A stretch of DNA of 61,495 bases, counting the filler, from Stramenopiles sp. TOSAG23-6 (lineage: Eukaryota): the NCBI GenBank assembly GCA_900128565.1. It is 11 parts of 11 records of this genome, joined end to end, with 100 filler letters (N's around TTAATTAATTAA, not from the genome) between each part and the next. Parts side by side here need not be neighbours in the genome. Positions count along the whole stretch, not along the records: positions 44,852 to 50,336 come from LT636898.1; positions 50,437 to 55,918 come from LT636899.1; positions 56,019 to 61,495 come from LT636900.1; 8 more parts are not named here. The stretch is one strand, 5' to 3'. A program made the position numbers and the translations under genes. Of the stretch, positions 48,843 through 60,565 are shown in pieces (within the stretch, counting starts at the first letter, position 1; every line of letters starts with the position of its first letter). Below the pieces are notes generated by a model. It had not been told where the DNA came from. It saw nothing but the letters and a program-made list of their open reading frames with translations, and searched no databases.

Positions 48843-49292
48843 TCTATACTAATTGAATAAAACTATATAATTCTGGTTTACTTGTGAATTTGTAAGTTCA
48901 GCACAAACGGTTTTTATCATTTTTATTGTTTACAAAGAGATGAAAGAGTGCAAATTTTCTAATGGTTCAATTCAAAGTCGAAGTGATTTTTGATGTGGCC
49001 GTTAAATCCAGTTTGTGGTGAGAAAAAAAAACGGAACGAAGAAGCCTCGCGCGCTCCTCTGCTCTGTAATTTATTTTAAAAAAAATTGAAAAAAAGCTAT
49101 CTTCTGAATTAGAAATGGTGGATTGGATAGGCGTTGGAATTATACTTGCCTTTGGAGCCGCAGCCCTCGGTATATACATTTGTGGGCAAATGTATGATAC
49201 CACACAAAAAATTCCAGAGCAACAGCAATTGATTTGAAAGAAAAATTTTACTTATTGGGCTCTGCTGCTGCTGCTGCTGCTGACTGCTGACC

Positions 49293-50114
49293 ATGCAGGG
49301 GGGTGCGGCGATGTGGGTCGATGACCCGATGTCGTGCCTGAATCTGGGCAACGATTTCGGCGAATCTGAACGTCGTCCGGGATTTGGGTTGTGCTCTGCC
49401 GACGGCTCCCTTTTTGTCTCAGGCGCGGTAGAGGGGGGGGTCAAAAGCATTAAACCGGCACCCGGCATCAAGTACATGAGTGATCGCCAAGGAAGAGTTC
49501 GCCCAGCAGGCCCAGGGGATGGTGGAATAGAGCCAGGCTCGCGTGTGTGGGCTAAAAGCGGCTCACGCTCGTCACCATACCCTGGACAAATGGGCACCGC
49601 AATCCGTTATCGTGCGGCGAAGCTGCGCTGGGAGATCCGCTGGGACGATGGCTCACAGAGTCTCTATGATCCTTTTAACCTGCGTAATATCGTGACGAGC
49701 CCCTTCAAGTACCGTGCTAGCGAGTTGGATGCCACGGTTGCACTCAGACGGCGTGCTATCAAAGAGGCGGCTACCACTCGGTGGTGTCCAGGCCAGTCCA
49801 GATTTATCCTGACTGACAAAAAGGGCTTCTATTATGATGAGGATTTCGGTCGAGAGGGCACCATGATGGACGCCCCTGTCGACATCGAGGTGACCCTGCC
49901 CCCTGCGGTAGCCGCTGCTACGACGCACATGGAATTCAAGAATTCCAACGTGCTACTCCTCAAGGCGGAGCAAGGACATATGTTGGCTACGGTGACCAAA
50001 AACAAATTTTTGAACGATTTCGACAAGTGGGACTGTTTTAAAACCGGCGGATTTGTCTGTGAAGTACTTGCGGAGCGCGGCGTCAAAATGTTTCGCGCTG
50101 CTATATTTCTGTAG
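49293..50114 (+). CDS. GC-rich hypothetical protein (duplicate copy)
   Basis: Same as 10107-10928. Confidence 0.5.
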   Translation: MQGGAAMWVDDPMSCLNLGNDFGESERRPGFGLCSADGSLFVSGAVEGGVKSIKPAPGIKYMSDRQGRVRPAGPGDGGIEPGSRVWAKSGSRSSPYPGQMGTAIRYRAAKLRWEIRWDDGSQSLYDPFNLRNIVTSPFKYRASELDATVALRRRAIKEAATTRWCPGQSRFILTDKKGFYYDEDFGREGTMMDAPVDIEVTLPPAVAAATTHMEFKNSNVLLLKAEQGHMLATVTKNKFLNDFDKWDCFKTGGFVCEVLAERGVKMFRAAIFL

Positions 50115-50708
50115 GCTTTCCGGGCTTTGAGCGCTGCGCTGCTGGTTGAGCGCTCCGCTGGTGAGGATGGAGACGAAGACGAGGGCGCAAGCAATTCAAA
50201 TTGCAAAGATTTCGTTTTTTTTGAAGATTGAGATAAAGAATTTTTGGAAAAATGGTAGGGGGTCGAACTGTCGAACTGGTACATGCACTAAAAATCACTT
50301 TTTCGAAAAAAGAAAAATCGCATTATAATTTATTTGNNNNNNNNNNNNNNNNNNNNNNNNNNNNNNNNNNNNNNNNNNNNTTAATTAATTAANNNNNNNN
50401 NNNNNNNNNNNNNNNNNNNNNNNNNNNNNNNNNNNNAATAATAATCCATGTGAGTATGCTGGTTGTCCGAAAATAATAAGTGGATGATCAATCGGATCAA
50501 TCGAATCAATCATGTGCTTCAAAATGACTGTGTCGGCTTGGCATAAAAAAGCAGGTTCGTCGGTTGACGTCAGTTACTTTTCTAGAGAGTATCCTTTTTG
50601 TTCTCTCCTCCTTCCATGGAAGAAGTTTTCATATTTTAGTTGAATTGATACATGGGGGAGCCACGCCGAACAATCAAAAACTTATATTAATTCACATTTC
50701 TAACACCA

Positions 50709-53656
50709 ATGAATAGAGAAAATCCTGTTACTAAGCCAGTGAACACTGTGCATCGCAAGTTAAAAGCAAAGCTCCACCGGGAGGACATGTTGCATGCTGA
50801 ACGTTGGATCGAAGAAGAAAATAAAAAACTCAAAGTGGAAGTTCAGGCATTTGCATCACATGAGTTAGGATTATCTTCCAATATCCCTAAATCTACTCGA
50901 CATAACAGGTTTGATTCAGAAGAGACAGTTATATCAGATCCAATAAGAAGTCAAGAATCAACTGTGTATAAGAAAACGAATTCAACATTACAAAAAGTTG
51001 GTATACAAAATGGTATACAAAATATAGAAAAAATACTTACATCTGAATACCAAAGTGGAGAATGGAATGGAATCAAACGCACCGACTTAGATGATCTTGT
51101 AGAGAGACTTGATTCCACCGGTTGTACGTTTTCACAATTAATTTCAAATTTAATTTCTTTTCGTACGGAATTTTGTACCTAACGATTTTTTTTTACTAAA
51201 ACAATATTTTTCACAATACATGTAATACCGCGCATCGTGGCCAACTAGAAGATTCTATTATTGCTGACTTACATATGCCCCTTTCAACAAAACATTGTAG
51301 AGCTATAGCGAATCATTTTGCACTACCAGGACATCATGCAGACGCCGACGAATGCATCAACGTTTGGGATTTTTCGGATTGGTGCACTCCATGGATTTCA
51401 AGAAAAGCTGCATCTCTTAACGCTTCAGATAATGAAGAAGTATATGATACTATTGGAAACCAAGACGAGGCAGAAAACTTTTATAGAAATGTTTTATTTT
51501 CTTCCTTAATTGAGCATAGTTTATACGAACAGTTTTCTATATTAGCTTCAGATGAGTCACCCGATGGGAGTATAGGTCAATATTATGGAAATACGAAAAA
51601 AAGAATAAGTATGAAATCATTGATAAAACTTATAGATATGTCTGGTTTATCTACACAAGGGGGGTTAGGTTCAGCAGATGCAGTTCGTTCTTGGTGTGAT
51701 AAAGAATGTTTATCTCCTTCTGCACTTCTAACATTTCCACAGTGCTCGAAGTGTGCAGTAGATTTGATGCAGCAACTACTGAAAGATGTTTATGGGAAAG
51801 ATAAAGAAGCTACACATCATTTAGATGATATAGTGTATTTAAGATCAAGTACTTCTCATGGAAATAATAGATCTAAATTGATTACAGATATAGCAGGACC
51901 AATGCTTAATGCATTACGTGTATCATGGATCGATTCGTCGTCTTTCATAGCCAAAGATGAAGGTATTCTTTTACAGCATCGCGCTCTTGAAAAATCGAAA
52001 GTTTTGATGTATGTAATTGATGGCTCAACGCGTGGAATTGACGTAATGCTTGAAGCAGCTGCACATATTGCAAAAAGACGTTCGATGGTGCTAATTATTG
52101 GACAAATACCTGAAAGAAATAGTGACATTCAAAATACACAAAGTGTCGTCGAAAAAATAGGGAAGCGAAGTCTGTATTTGCGATGCAGTGCTCAAGAAAG
52201 AGCTGAATTGAATCATTCTCGATCATTTCTTTCTGCGCAAGCTCAATTAGCAGGCATTAAAGTGTTTCAACCATCCGGAATTAAATTAGCTGTTCATGAA
52301 TGCATTCGTTTGTTAGATATTGAGAGACACAATACGAAAATAAATATAAACGATAGCGGCGAGAGAAAAAGTGCCGATACATATAAAGACAGAGAACTAC
52401 CGTCTTTCCATAGTGCTGGCCTTGGATCACTCTCCGTATTATGCAAAAAACCTCCTGAATATAAGTCCGACGATGAAGATAAGAACAATATAGGATCACT
52501 CACTAAATGGCAAAGTGATAGACATAAACGTGTACAAAAGTCGATGATAATTGAACGTGCAGAACGAAAGTATAGCGAAAGGAGGATGCGCGATTTAACA
52601 CAAAAACAAAGAGATGTTATAAAATTACAAGAAGAGAACGAACGACTATTGTCTGAACTTGCCTCATTTGATGACGAGTTTTTCCAAGAGGTTGACGACT
52701 TAAAATCTAGGTACAAACGATGCTTAAAAAGAAATAAGCTTGTAAAAACCGAACTAGTGAAAGCACAAAAGGAAGCAGATCGCCAGTATGATTTAGACAG
52801 ACGATTATGGAGACATCTCGAAACTGCATTTCAACAATCTGATTCGGAACTTTCAGGGTTTTTACCTGTAAGTAAATTCCGTTCTATTCTTCAAGGAAAA
52901 CTTGGCCTCTCTCGCGATGAGACTAGTGAAATAGTGGTTTCTCTACCAAGTAATCATTTCGGTCATGTGAGTTACTTAGCTTTTACTGACTTGAGACGGC
53001 TAATATGTCTTGGCACAGAGAATGCAAGAAAGGGACATGGAAACGACGAAACATCAAGCGAAGAAGTAGAGAATGAGTCTGCTCAATTACCCGAAGTAGA
53101 AGAAGTATTAGAGAAATTGGAAGATGATTATAATCGTAAGATTTGGGCTGGTTTATCACAATTACAATTAGAACGTGCTGCAGGTGAAATTAGTGGAAAT
53201 CGTCATAGAACAAAACAAAAAAAACGGAAGCCGTCATCTCAAGTACCAGCTGCTGTCCTCAGGAGAGGGATTCGTTTACTTTGTGAATCTGGTGATCTTC
53301 CATTAACGTCTATAGATTGTGATAGTTTAGTAGCAGCACTACGAGTGCGAGGAGATAGAAGGGTTGGCTGGGTAGATGTCCGAAGATTCTTTACAATGTT
53401 TGAAAGCTTCCCTAGAAGAAATGATGTAGTGGAGAAGCAAAAGAGAAATAATAATTCGAGAAAGTCTTCTACAAGTAAGCCAAATTCCAAGAAAGAACCT
53501 ACAAATATTGAAAGAAAGCATAAACGAAATAAAAATAAGCGTTCTAAAACAGTAAGAAACAAAAAGCAGAATAGAAAAGGTGATCAGAATGAGGAAGAAG
53601 TAGGAATGCTCACAGGAATTTTATCACGGTTGTCTAGCGATGATGAGTCTTCTTAG
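50709..53656 (+). CDS. EF-hand-like / coiled-coil protein, 2 exons
   Basis: Intron 51124-51221 fuses ORFs 50709 and 51275; AFQQSDSELSGFLPVSKFRSIL; ELASFDDEFFQEVDDLK. Confidence 0.7.
51124..51221 (+). mobile_element. Introner-like intron, GT-AT
   Basis: GGTT|GTACGT..TACCTAAC..CACAATACAT|GT, in frame. Confidence 0.85.
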
Positions 53657-53738
53657 CATAAGATTGAAAAGAGACATTTTGCGTTTAGACAAAATTTGTT
53701 TGTTTTTTTGTGTATAATTTATAATATATTAAATTGTC

Positions 53739-55067
53739 TTACATTTCATTTGCTTTCGCGATAATATTATTGATAAAATCATACGAATCTTTCTTTTTGG
53801 TAGTAATAGAAATTCCAGATCTATTTGTAGACTTTTCATGAGGTATTAAATTTTCATCATTTTCAGTTTCATCAGAAATGTTACTTTTGTTACTAACAGG
53901 TGCTCCAAACATAGATGATATGGAAACTTGCTTCTTTTTTTTCTTTGAATCTTTCGCATCTAATTTCTTTTCTTTTTGATCTTCTTTTGCAATCTGCTTA
54001 TCACGCCAAGCTTCATATTCGGCCAGTTTTTGCTTCCTCTTCAACCGTCGGGCCGCAGCCTCATCACCCGGAACGATACTCATCTCACTATCGGAGTCGA
54101 CATCATACGCGGATGGATCGCCTTCTTCATCCAAGGTAACACCAGGACAAAACCCTGACACTTTATTTTTTTCTGACTTTTGTAATGTTTGATTTTTTTT
54201 TTTTTTTTTTTTTTTTGGGTAAAAATTTTTTTTNNNNNNNNNNNNNNNNNNNNNNNNNNNNNNNNNNNNNNNNNNNNNNNNNNNNNNNNNNNNNNNNNTT
54301 CGTACGAAAAAAAAATCGATTTTTTTGTTAAAAAAAAAAAATAAAACATACATCATCCAATGCTTTACGTTTTCGTTTCGTCTTGCGCACACCAATTTCA
54401 GCATGACAAACATCTAGCATATGCGTACAAACTTTAGTAAACGTCTTTGGTTCCACATGAACTAAACTAACTAACTTTTGTTTATCTACGCGAACTTTTC
54501 GTTTTTGTGTACATGTATTGTGAAAAAATATTTTTTTTGTTCTAAAACAAAAAAAAATCGTTAGGTAAGGAATTTCGTACGAAAACAAAATAAGATTGAA
54601 ATTCAGCATGAAAACGTACATGTGAAGAATATCGCAGCTGCATACACAGGGTTGGAAAAGTTAGTTCTAATACGTTGGGCTGCGGGCATATCTTGTTGCA
54701 CTCGGCGTTTATATGCCAAAAATGTCTTTTCAATGAACGTAACGTGAGACATTGCACTGAACTTTATTGCGAGTTCACGAATGGAGTATCCCGATGCTTT
54801 GATACGAAGAATATTACTGATTTTTAGAAACGTTTGAGTATACACTTTTTTGTTTGCACCAGATCGACGCTGCAACTCATCTTTATCAAGCTGAGCATCA
54901 CATAGACGACACGCAAGCTCAAGGCAAATAGCGCTTCTGCAAATTGCCCCTTTACCCAGTGAACGGCACGAAATGCTCGCACGGCGGTCTAACTCCAAAG
55001 CTTTTGCTAGAACTTTCGGACAACGCATATTCATTCGACGATGTAAGAATCGAATAGTTTCTGACAT
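53739..55067 (-). CDS. ORC6: Origin recognition complex subunit 6
   Basis: ICRSAICLELAC, IRELAIKF, FSNPVYAAAIFFTC|TQKRKVRVDK, EYEAWRDK; the last junction lies in a gap and is unresolved. Confidence 0.8.
54185..54351 (-). mobile_element. Introner(s) spanning an N gap
   Basis: GAT|GTATGT donor at 54351; 3' boundary uncertain. Confidence 0.55.
54513..54619 (-). mobile_element. Introner-like intron, GT-AT
   Basis: ACAT|GTACGT..TACCTAAC..CACAATACAT|GT, in frame. Confidence 0.88.
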
Positions 55068-55368
55068 ATTGCGCCTTCTAATATGAAACTTCAACCGCAA
55101 TGAAAGGAAAAAAAATTGGTGCTTTTTTTGGTTTCTCTTTTAGGAGTTTTGACCAAGAGCAACTTTTCATCTCCAAGAATTTCCAAAATCTGTAAATCAA
55201 ATCGAAACCCTAACCCTACGTAATATAATATAGTCAGCAGTATTTTGTCCAATGTCCAGTACTATTAACTTCATTCATCAACATCATCAAAACAAATCTG
55301 CAGGTCTTACCTCTTAAGTAGTCAATAGAACTTCTGCAAATTTTATCTTTTTTGTAAAGATCAAGGAT

Positions 55369-55866
55369 ATGAAAGAATCTAAAGCGGAGGCCAAGGCAAG
55401 GAAAAAAGCAGAACGTCTTGCTAAGCGGAAATTACGTGCTGCTCAAAAGTTTGCAAGAGAAAATCCAAATGCTGAAGACGAACTTTCATTTGACAAAGAT
55501 GCAGATATTTCTGCAGTTCAACAAGGTGACGCTGGTGCACTCACTGCAGAGCAGATCCGCGTAGCGACTGTCCGAGCTGTTACAGGATCTCTTGCATCAA
55601 AGGAAGGTGAGCGAGATCTCAAGTTTATAAATTTTTCCTTACAAGTCGGAGGTAACCATTTACTTACTGACTGCAACCTCGAATTGAATCAAGGCTGTCG
55701 TTACGGAATAATTGGGAAAAATGGTTCTGGAAAGTCTAATATTCTATCATCGTTAGCACAACGTGATATACCCGTACCAGAACATATGGATATATATCAT
55801 TTGCATGAAGAAGCTCCTGCAACGGACCAAACTGGTGTTGAAGCAGTCATATCTCATGTTGTAGAT
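55369..55866 (+). CDS. ABCF2: ABC-F family ATPase (ABCF2-like), first exon
   Basis: RAVTGSLAS..DLKFINFSL..LELNQGCRYGIIGKNGSGKS..IPVPEHMDIYHL. Confidence 0.82.
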
Positions 55867-55918
55867 GTATGTTTTATTTTTTTTCAAATTCGAATTTTTT
55901 TTCGTACGAAATTTTGTA
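55867..55918 (+). mobile_element. Introner 5' half at contig end
   Basis: GAT|GTATGTTTTATTTTTTTCAAATTCG..CGTACGAAATTTTGTA. Confidence 0.75.
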
Positions 55919-56018
55919 NNNNNNNNNNNNNNNNNNNNNNNNNNNNNNNNNNNNNNNNNNNNTTAATTAATTAANNNNNNNNNNNNNNNNNNNNNNNNNN
56001 NNNNNNNNNNNNNNNNNN

Positions 56019-56077
56019 AATTTTGTACCTAACAATTTTTTTTAGATTTTTTTTTGAAATATTTTTCCAAAATACAT
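56019..56077 (+). mobile_element. Introner 3' half at contig start
   Basis: TACCTAAC..CCAAAATACAT|. Confidence 0.75.
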
Positions 56078-56873
56078 TCTAGCAGTTGAACCAAAATTCG
56101 CTCAACGTCAAAAAAAATATGTAAAATTTGATAGTAATTGTTTTGACCTTTTTGCGATTGATGTTCTCATTGATAAAAATGGGAAAGCTTGGCTAATTGA
56201 AGTCAATCCTGATCCAGATTTATCAGCGAAAAAAACGTTCCCATTAGCTGAAAGATTGAAATCTCAATTGCTTTCAGAGACAAATCAACTTCTTGGTATT
56301 TCCATTGGTGAGAAGAAACGCATGAGAGAAGCTCAAACACGAGAACTCGCAAATGTGATTTGGAATGCAAACCGAAACAATTCTGAAGAACTGCAAACTT
56401 TTCCTCGACAGCTTGTCAAGTGTGCATTATTGGGTAAAAAAGGAAATGAATCTTTTGATCCAAATGATGTCGATGCAAGACAAATTCTTAAAAAATGTAA
56501 ATTAAAAGGTCCAAAAGATGCATTACAGATTGCACAAAGTGAGTTGGAATATCGATTCCGTCATAATTGGGTAAGAATTCAACCTAGTGATGACACGAAA
56601 TCTCTTGAATCTTTGACACAAATGCTTACATCTAATGATAGAAGAAATGATGCTCTCATCGCTTGTTGGGAGCGTTTAATGCAAGATTGTAGGTTTTCAA
56701 AATTGAAATGTTTACCAAAAAAAAAAAAAATGAAAAACAAATTGTACTTAATATTTCTTTTTCTAAACATATTTCCCCAAAATACATGTGGATATCGACA
56801 AGATCAACAAAATGATTATTATATGGATGATGGAACTAGAGAAGAAATAAACGACTTTAGTCTATTGAAATGA
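56078..56873 (+). CDS. Tubulin-tyrosine ligase-like (TTLL) protein, 3' part
   Basis: NCFDLFAIDVLIDKNGKAWLIEVNPDPDLS. Confidence 0.82.
56689..56787 (+). mobile_element. Diverged introner-like intron, GT-AT, 99 nt, stop-free
   Basis: GATT|GTAGGT..TGTACTTAAT..CCAAAATACAT|GT. Confidence 0.65.
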
Positions 56874-56882
56874 AGTTGAAGA

Positions 56883-57152
56883 AAAACGTATTATATTATT
56901 TTATTTTACATCTTATTCCTTTCGTCTTGATTGAACACATTATATAAAAACGTATTAATTATATTATAAAAACGTATTATATTATTTTATTTTACATCAT
57001 ATTCCTTTCGTCTTACTTAATTGAACAAACTATATCGTATCATCTTATTCCTTTAGCCTTACTCAATTGAAGAAATTATATTGTATCAAAAGTACCATCT
57101 TATTCCTTTAGCCTTACTTAATTGAACACACTATATCGTATCAAATGTACCA
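56883..57152. repeat. Degenerate ~55-80 bp tandem repeats between convergent 3' ends
   Basis: Four copies of CATC(T/A)TATTCCTTT..CTT..ATTGAA. Confidence 0.7.
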
Positions 57153-57158
57153 AAAACC

Positions 57159-59093
57159 CTAATCCAGCTTAATGTTAACCTCACTTGGACAAACTAAATC
57201 ATCCCAGCCGTACCAAAGACCTAATAATACTATTATATGTACTACAGTCAAAATAAGCGAGGATGAGAAAGTAGATGTGTCTGTAAACCACGGATTCCAA
57301 CATAATTCTATTAGTAGAAAAAGCACAATTCGAAAAATATCTGGAAATTTACAACACCATAATAAAAATATATTGTAAAAAAATATTTCATTTTTTTTTG
57401 TTAGGTACAAAATTTACTATGAAATTTACGAAAAAAAAAAAATGATGATTTCAAAAACGTACATGGAATTGTATGGAAATACCAAACATAAAATTGAAAA
57501 TGGAGAGATCGAGCACAACATGTATTTTGGAAAAATATTTCAAAAAAACATCGTTAGGTACAAATTTTCGTAGGAAAAATAAATTCGAGATTGAAAAAAA
57601 AATAAAACATACATATACCTATAAAATTTGACGTAAATAAAATTGCTATTAATTGACTTGAGCTAAATATTCGTTTTTGTTGAATTATGTTTGTGTTTTC
57701 TATATTTTCTGTCCTTTTCGACATTGCATATTTCCATAATCTACAAATGCCACTTGTATAAGATGAAATCAATGTTTTATTTGACATTTTTGAGTTTCGT
57801 TTTTTTTCTTGATTTATAAAATTTGGTATTTTGCAACACCATCGATAATTCGCAAAACAATACCAAAATAGTATATTAAGGAAGAATAAAAATAATGCAA
57901 ATAGTTTTGAAGTAAATACTCCGCTACAATCGACTAGTTTAGTTTGCATTTCTATTGGTAAAGTTGTACAAGGAATAAATTTAAAATTGACGCTCCAATA
58001 ATGCTTGAAGACACGTGTCAAATTGAACGATTGGGTGAGATATGCCCATGGCGCCACAAGTAAAAATGGAAATGCACAAATAATTTGAATAAAACCACAT
58101 AGGAGTATATGTACTACAGTTTTTTTTAAGCCGAGTTCAGAGAGAAGTATCACAAAGTATTGTGAAAAATATTTCAAAAATTTGATTATTTTTGTTAGGT
58201 ACGAAATTTTCTATGAAAAACAAAATTGAAATTTATGATGAAAACATACAATAACCCCGGGGCAAAGAAAATAATGTTCATGTTTTGTGAATTAAATATG
58301 TTTCAAGTTTTAAAATTCGTTAGGACTTGGTATGACACTTTTGGATTTTCTAAAAATTTGTGAGGTACAAAATTTTCATAGTAAAAAAGTTGATGATGAA
58401 AAAGTACATTTTGATACTAAAAGCAAAACTGAATAAGATACACCCGTAGCTAAATCGATTATATAGAAAACAAAGAATCGCACAATATAGAAACATCATA
58501 GCCGGTCCATCATTGAATAAACGTAAAACGAAGATCGAATGTACACGCTTTGAAATGGATAATAAAATCAATAATATTGGGTGAAATCTCCGAGGTGCAG
58601 CTTTTGCGTAAATTATGGTTACAATAAAAAGAGTAAATAGATAGAATACCATAAAGATACATTGAGCTCGACCAATATCATTTCCACCATCCGTTAAAGT
58701 CCATAAAATAGAATATATTGCTACAAACCCGCCCGGATACACCAATGGACCTGTTCCACCTTTGAGGTTGGAGTAATTAAAGTCATTGCGAAGAAGAGGA
58801 CCTTCAACTTCCTGCATATAAGCTTTCCAGTCTATTTCTGTATAAGAAATTCGTTGGACAATCAACACATTAAGAGCTAAATCTAAAAGTATCAATACAC
58901 AAGCAACAATGATAAATGAAGAAAAGGTACTTTCGACACTGTGTAATATTGTACCAACTACTGGAAGGTTGAAAACGCTTCTAGGGATTAAGGGTAACAA
59001 TCGTTTTTGTTTCTTTCGCAGTCTATCCTTTTTCGATTTTACCAATATCCGGTCAATCTTGGGTTGATCTAAAGAAGCTATATTTTTATTCAT
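57159..59093 (-). CDS. ALG3: Dol-P-Man:Man5GlcNAc2-PP-Dol alpha-1,3-mannosyltransferase, 5 exons
   Basis: [91 protein letters not shown]. Confidence 0.96.
57368..57462 (-). mobile_element. Introner-like intron, GT-AT
   Basis: CCAT|GTACGT..TACAATATAT|TT gives HTIPFLLW. Confidence 0.88.
57520..57612 (-). mobile_element. Introner-like intron, GT-AT
   Basis: ATAT|GTATGT..CCAAAATACAT|GT gives [12 protein letters not shown]. Confidence 0.92.
58155..58249 (-). mobile_element. Introner-like intron, GT-TT
   Basis: TTATT|GTATGT..TACCTAAC..CACAATACTT|T gives [13 protein letters not shown]. Confidence 0.78.
58280..58407 (-). mobile_element. Introner-like intron, GT-AT
   Basis: AAAAT|GTACTT..TACCTCAC..GTCCTAAC..CACAAAACAT|G gives SIKMNI. 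Confidence 0.85.
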
Positions 59094-59767
59094 CTTACTT
59101 TTATAATGATACTATTACGCAGTCAGAGATACTCAGTATCCCAGTCTAATCTAAAAGGTATTTTTTGGTGTGTTGTTTGTTGGCAAGTGTGACTTGGTGA
59201 ACAATGTTGTTGGCGTGATGTCGTGATGCCCAATGACATCATAAAAAAAAAAAAAAAAAAAAAAACACGAAATCATCCTCAAACCATCTCGAAACAGCCT
59301 CGAAACATTTGAATATGTTCGCATGTCGCGTGTTTTAAATGCAAGACCAGATCAGACACAATAATAATTAATAAATTGATTGACCTTTCTAATGACTTCA
59401 ACGGCTTTGAATTTGGACTCCTCTCAACTTTATAAAACGTCCTAGCTCCCGAGAAAAGTTTGTTCTAGTAGAGTTGATTTTTAAATTTGCTTCAGTTAGT
59501 GGCTATAGGGGGTAATTGTGTGTAATATAATCGAATATCATGCGATATATATAATATAAACGTATTNAAAAAAATGGCAGATAATATGTTTTATATTCAA
59601 TCAAGGTGTTGCACCAACTGAATATAAGTTATATTTAAAAAGTCAATGTTTACTGAATGAACCAGTGGACAATGAATAATATGTAACACTTACAATGTGC
59701 GCTCAATAGATGACTCTTCTTACTATTCATTACATTCGATGAACTAATATCTTTCTATTCATTACAT

Positions 59768-60565
59768 TCAATGAACTACTATCCCCTTTTTTTTTAGTTT
59801 TTTAAATTTTTTGATTACTTTTTTATAACGGTTTTTACAATCAGGGTTACTTTTACAATGACGATGCCTCTTATTCTCTTGAGCCTTTCTGAATGGGGTA
59901 AATCCATCATTACTAGGCTGATTGACATTAGCACCTGCTTCGAGAAGTTTTTCAACTACTCCCGCACGACCAGAGTTTGAAGCAACATACAATGGGGTTC
60001 CTTTGGATTCGTTAACCATATTGACTTCTGCTTTTTTATCAAGAAGTAGTTCAACTACTTCCACAAAACCTTTCTGTGAAGCAACATGCAATGGTGCAGC
60101 TCCGCCAGCTAAGCGTGCATCATGAGCATTTTTCACATTGACTTCTGCACCAGCAGCAAGATATGTTTCAATTTCCCCTGTAAGACCTTCCTGTGAATCA
60201 GCGTCCTCAATTAGACTATACAATGGGGTTTTCCCGTCTTGTCGCTGATTCATACGTTTTGCACAGGCCTCTTCTCTTTCAGTTTCTTCGTCCGTCTTCT
60301 TGATACAATTGTATTTGTATTTTTTGCCAACTGCCAGGGGGCAGTAATAACATTTAGGTTCTTTGCACTCGTCCTGTGTTTTAGCCGCTTCACAATTCTT
60401 TCTGACTTTGTGCCACGTATTCATCGCTTTGTGTCCGATACCAAGTGTCTGCGCTTTCTTGTTTTTTGCGTGGTTTGTTTCCAAAAAAGAAGAAGTAGCC
60501 GTTGTTGAATTTGCGATGAGCAGTGGCCCAACAATCAAAGTTTTTGCAGTAGAAATGATCTTCAT
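59768..60565 (-). CDS. Ankyrin-repeat protein with signal-like N-terminus and Cys-rich segment
   Basis: GAAPLHVASQKGFVEVVELLL, GTPLYVASNSGRAGVVEKLLEAGANVN. Confidence 0.85.
   Translation of the reverse strand: MKIISTAKTLIVGPLLIANSTTATSSFLETNHAKNKKAQTLGIGHKAMNTWHKVRKNCEAAKTQDECKEPKCYYCPLAVGKKYKYNCIKKTDEETEREEACAKRMNQRQDGKTPLYSLIEDADSQEGLTGEIETYLAAGAEVNVKNAHDARLAGGAAPLHVASQKGFVEVVELLLDKKAEVNMVNESKGTPLYVASNSGRAGVVEKLLEAGANVNQPSNDGFTPFRKAQENKRHRHCKSNPDCKNRYKKVIKKFKKLKKKGIVVH

Larger units (their letters stand above)
44852..50336 (+). repeat. Second copy (haplotig) of contig 5628-11150, same genes and 8 introners
   Basis: Near-identical, including most N positions; differs at 49016-49096 versus 9792-9910. 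Confidence 0.95.

Noticed and set aside
44852-50336. 5.5-kb segmental duplication
   Set aside because: Same ends and shared ambiguous bases as 5628-11150 indicate redundant assembly or a haplotig.
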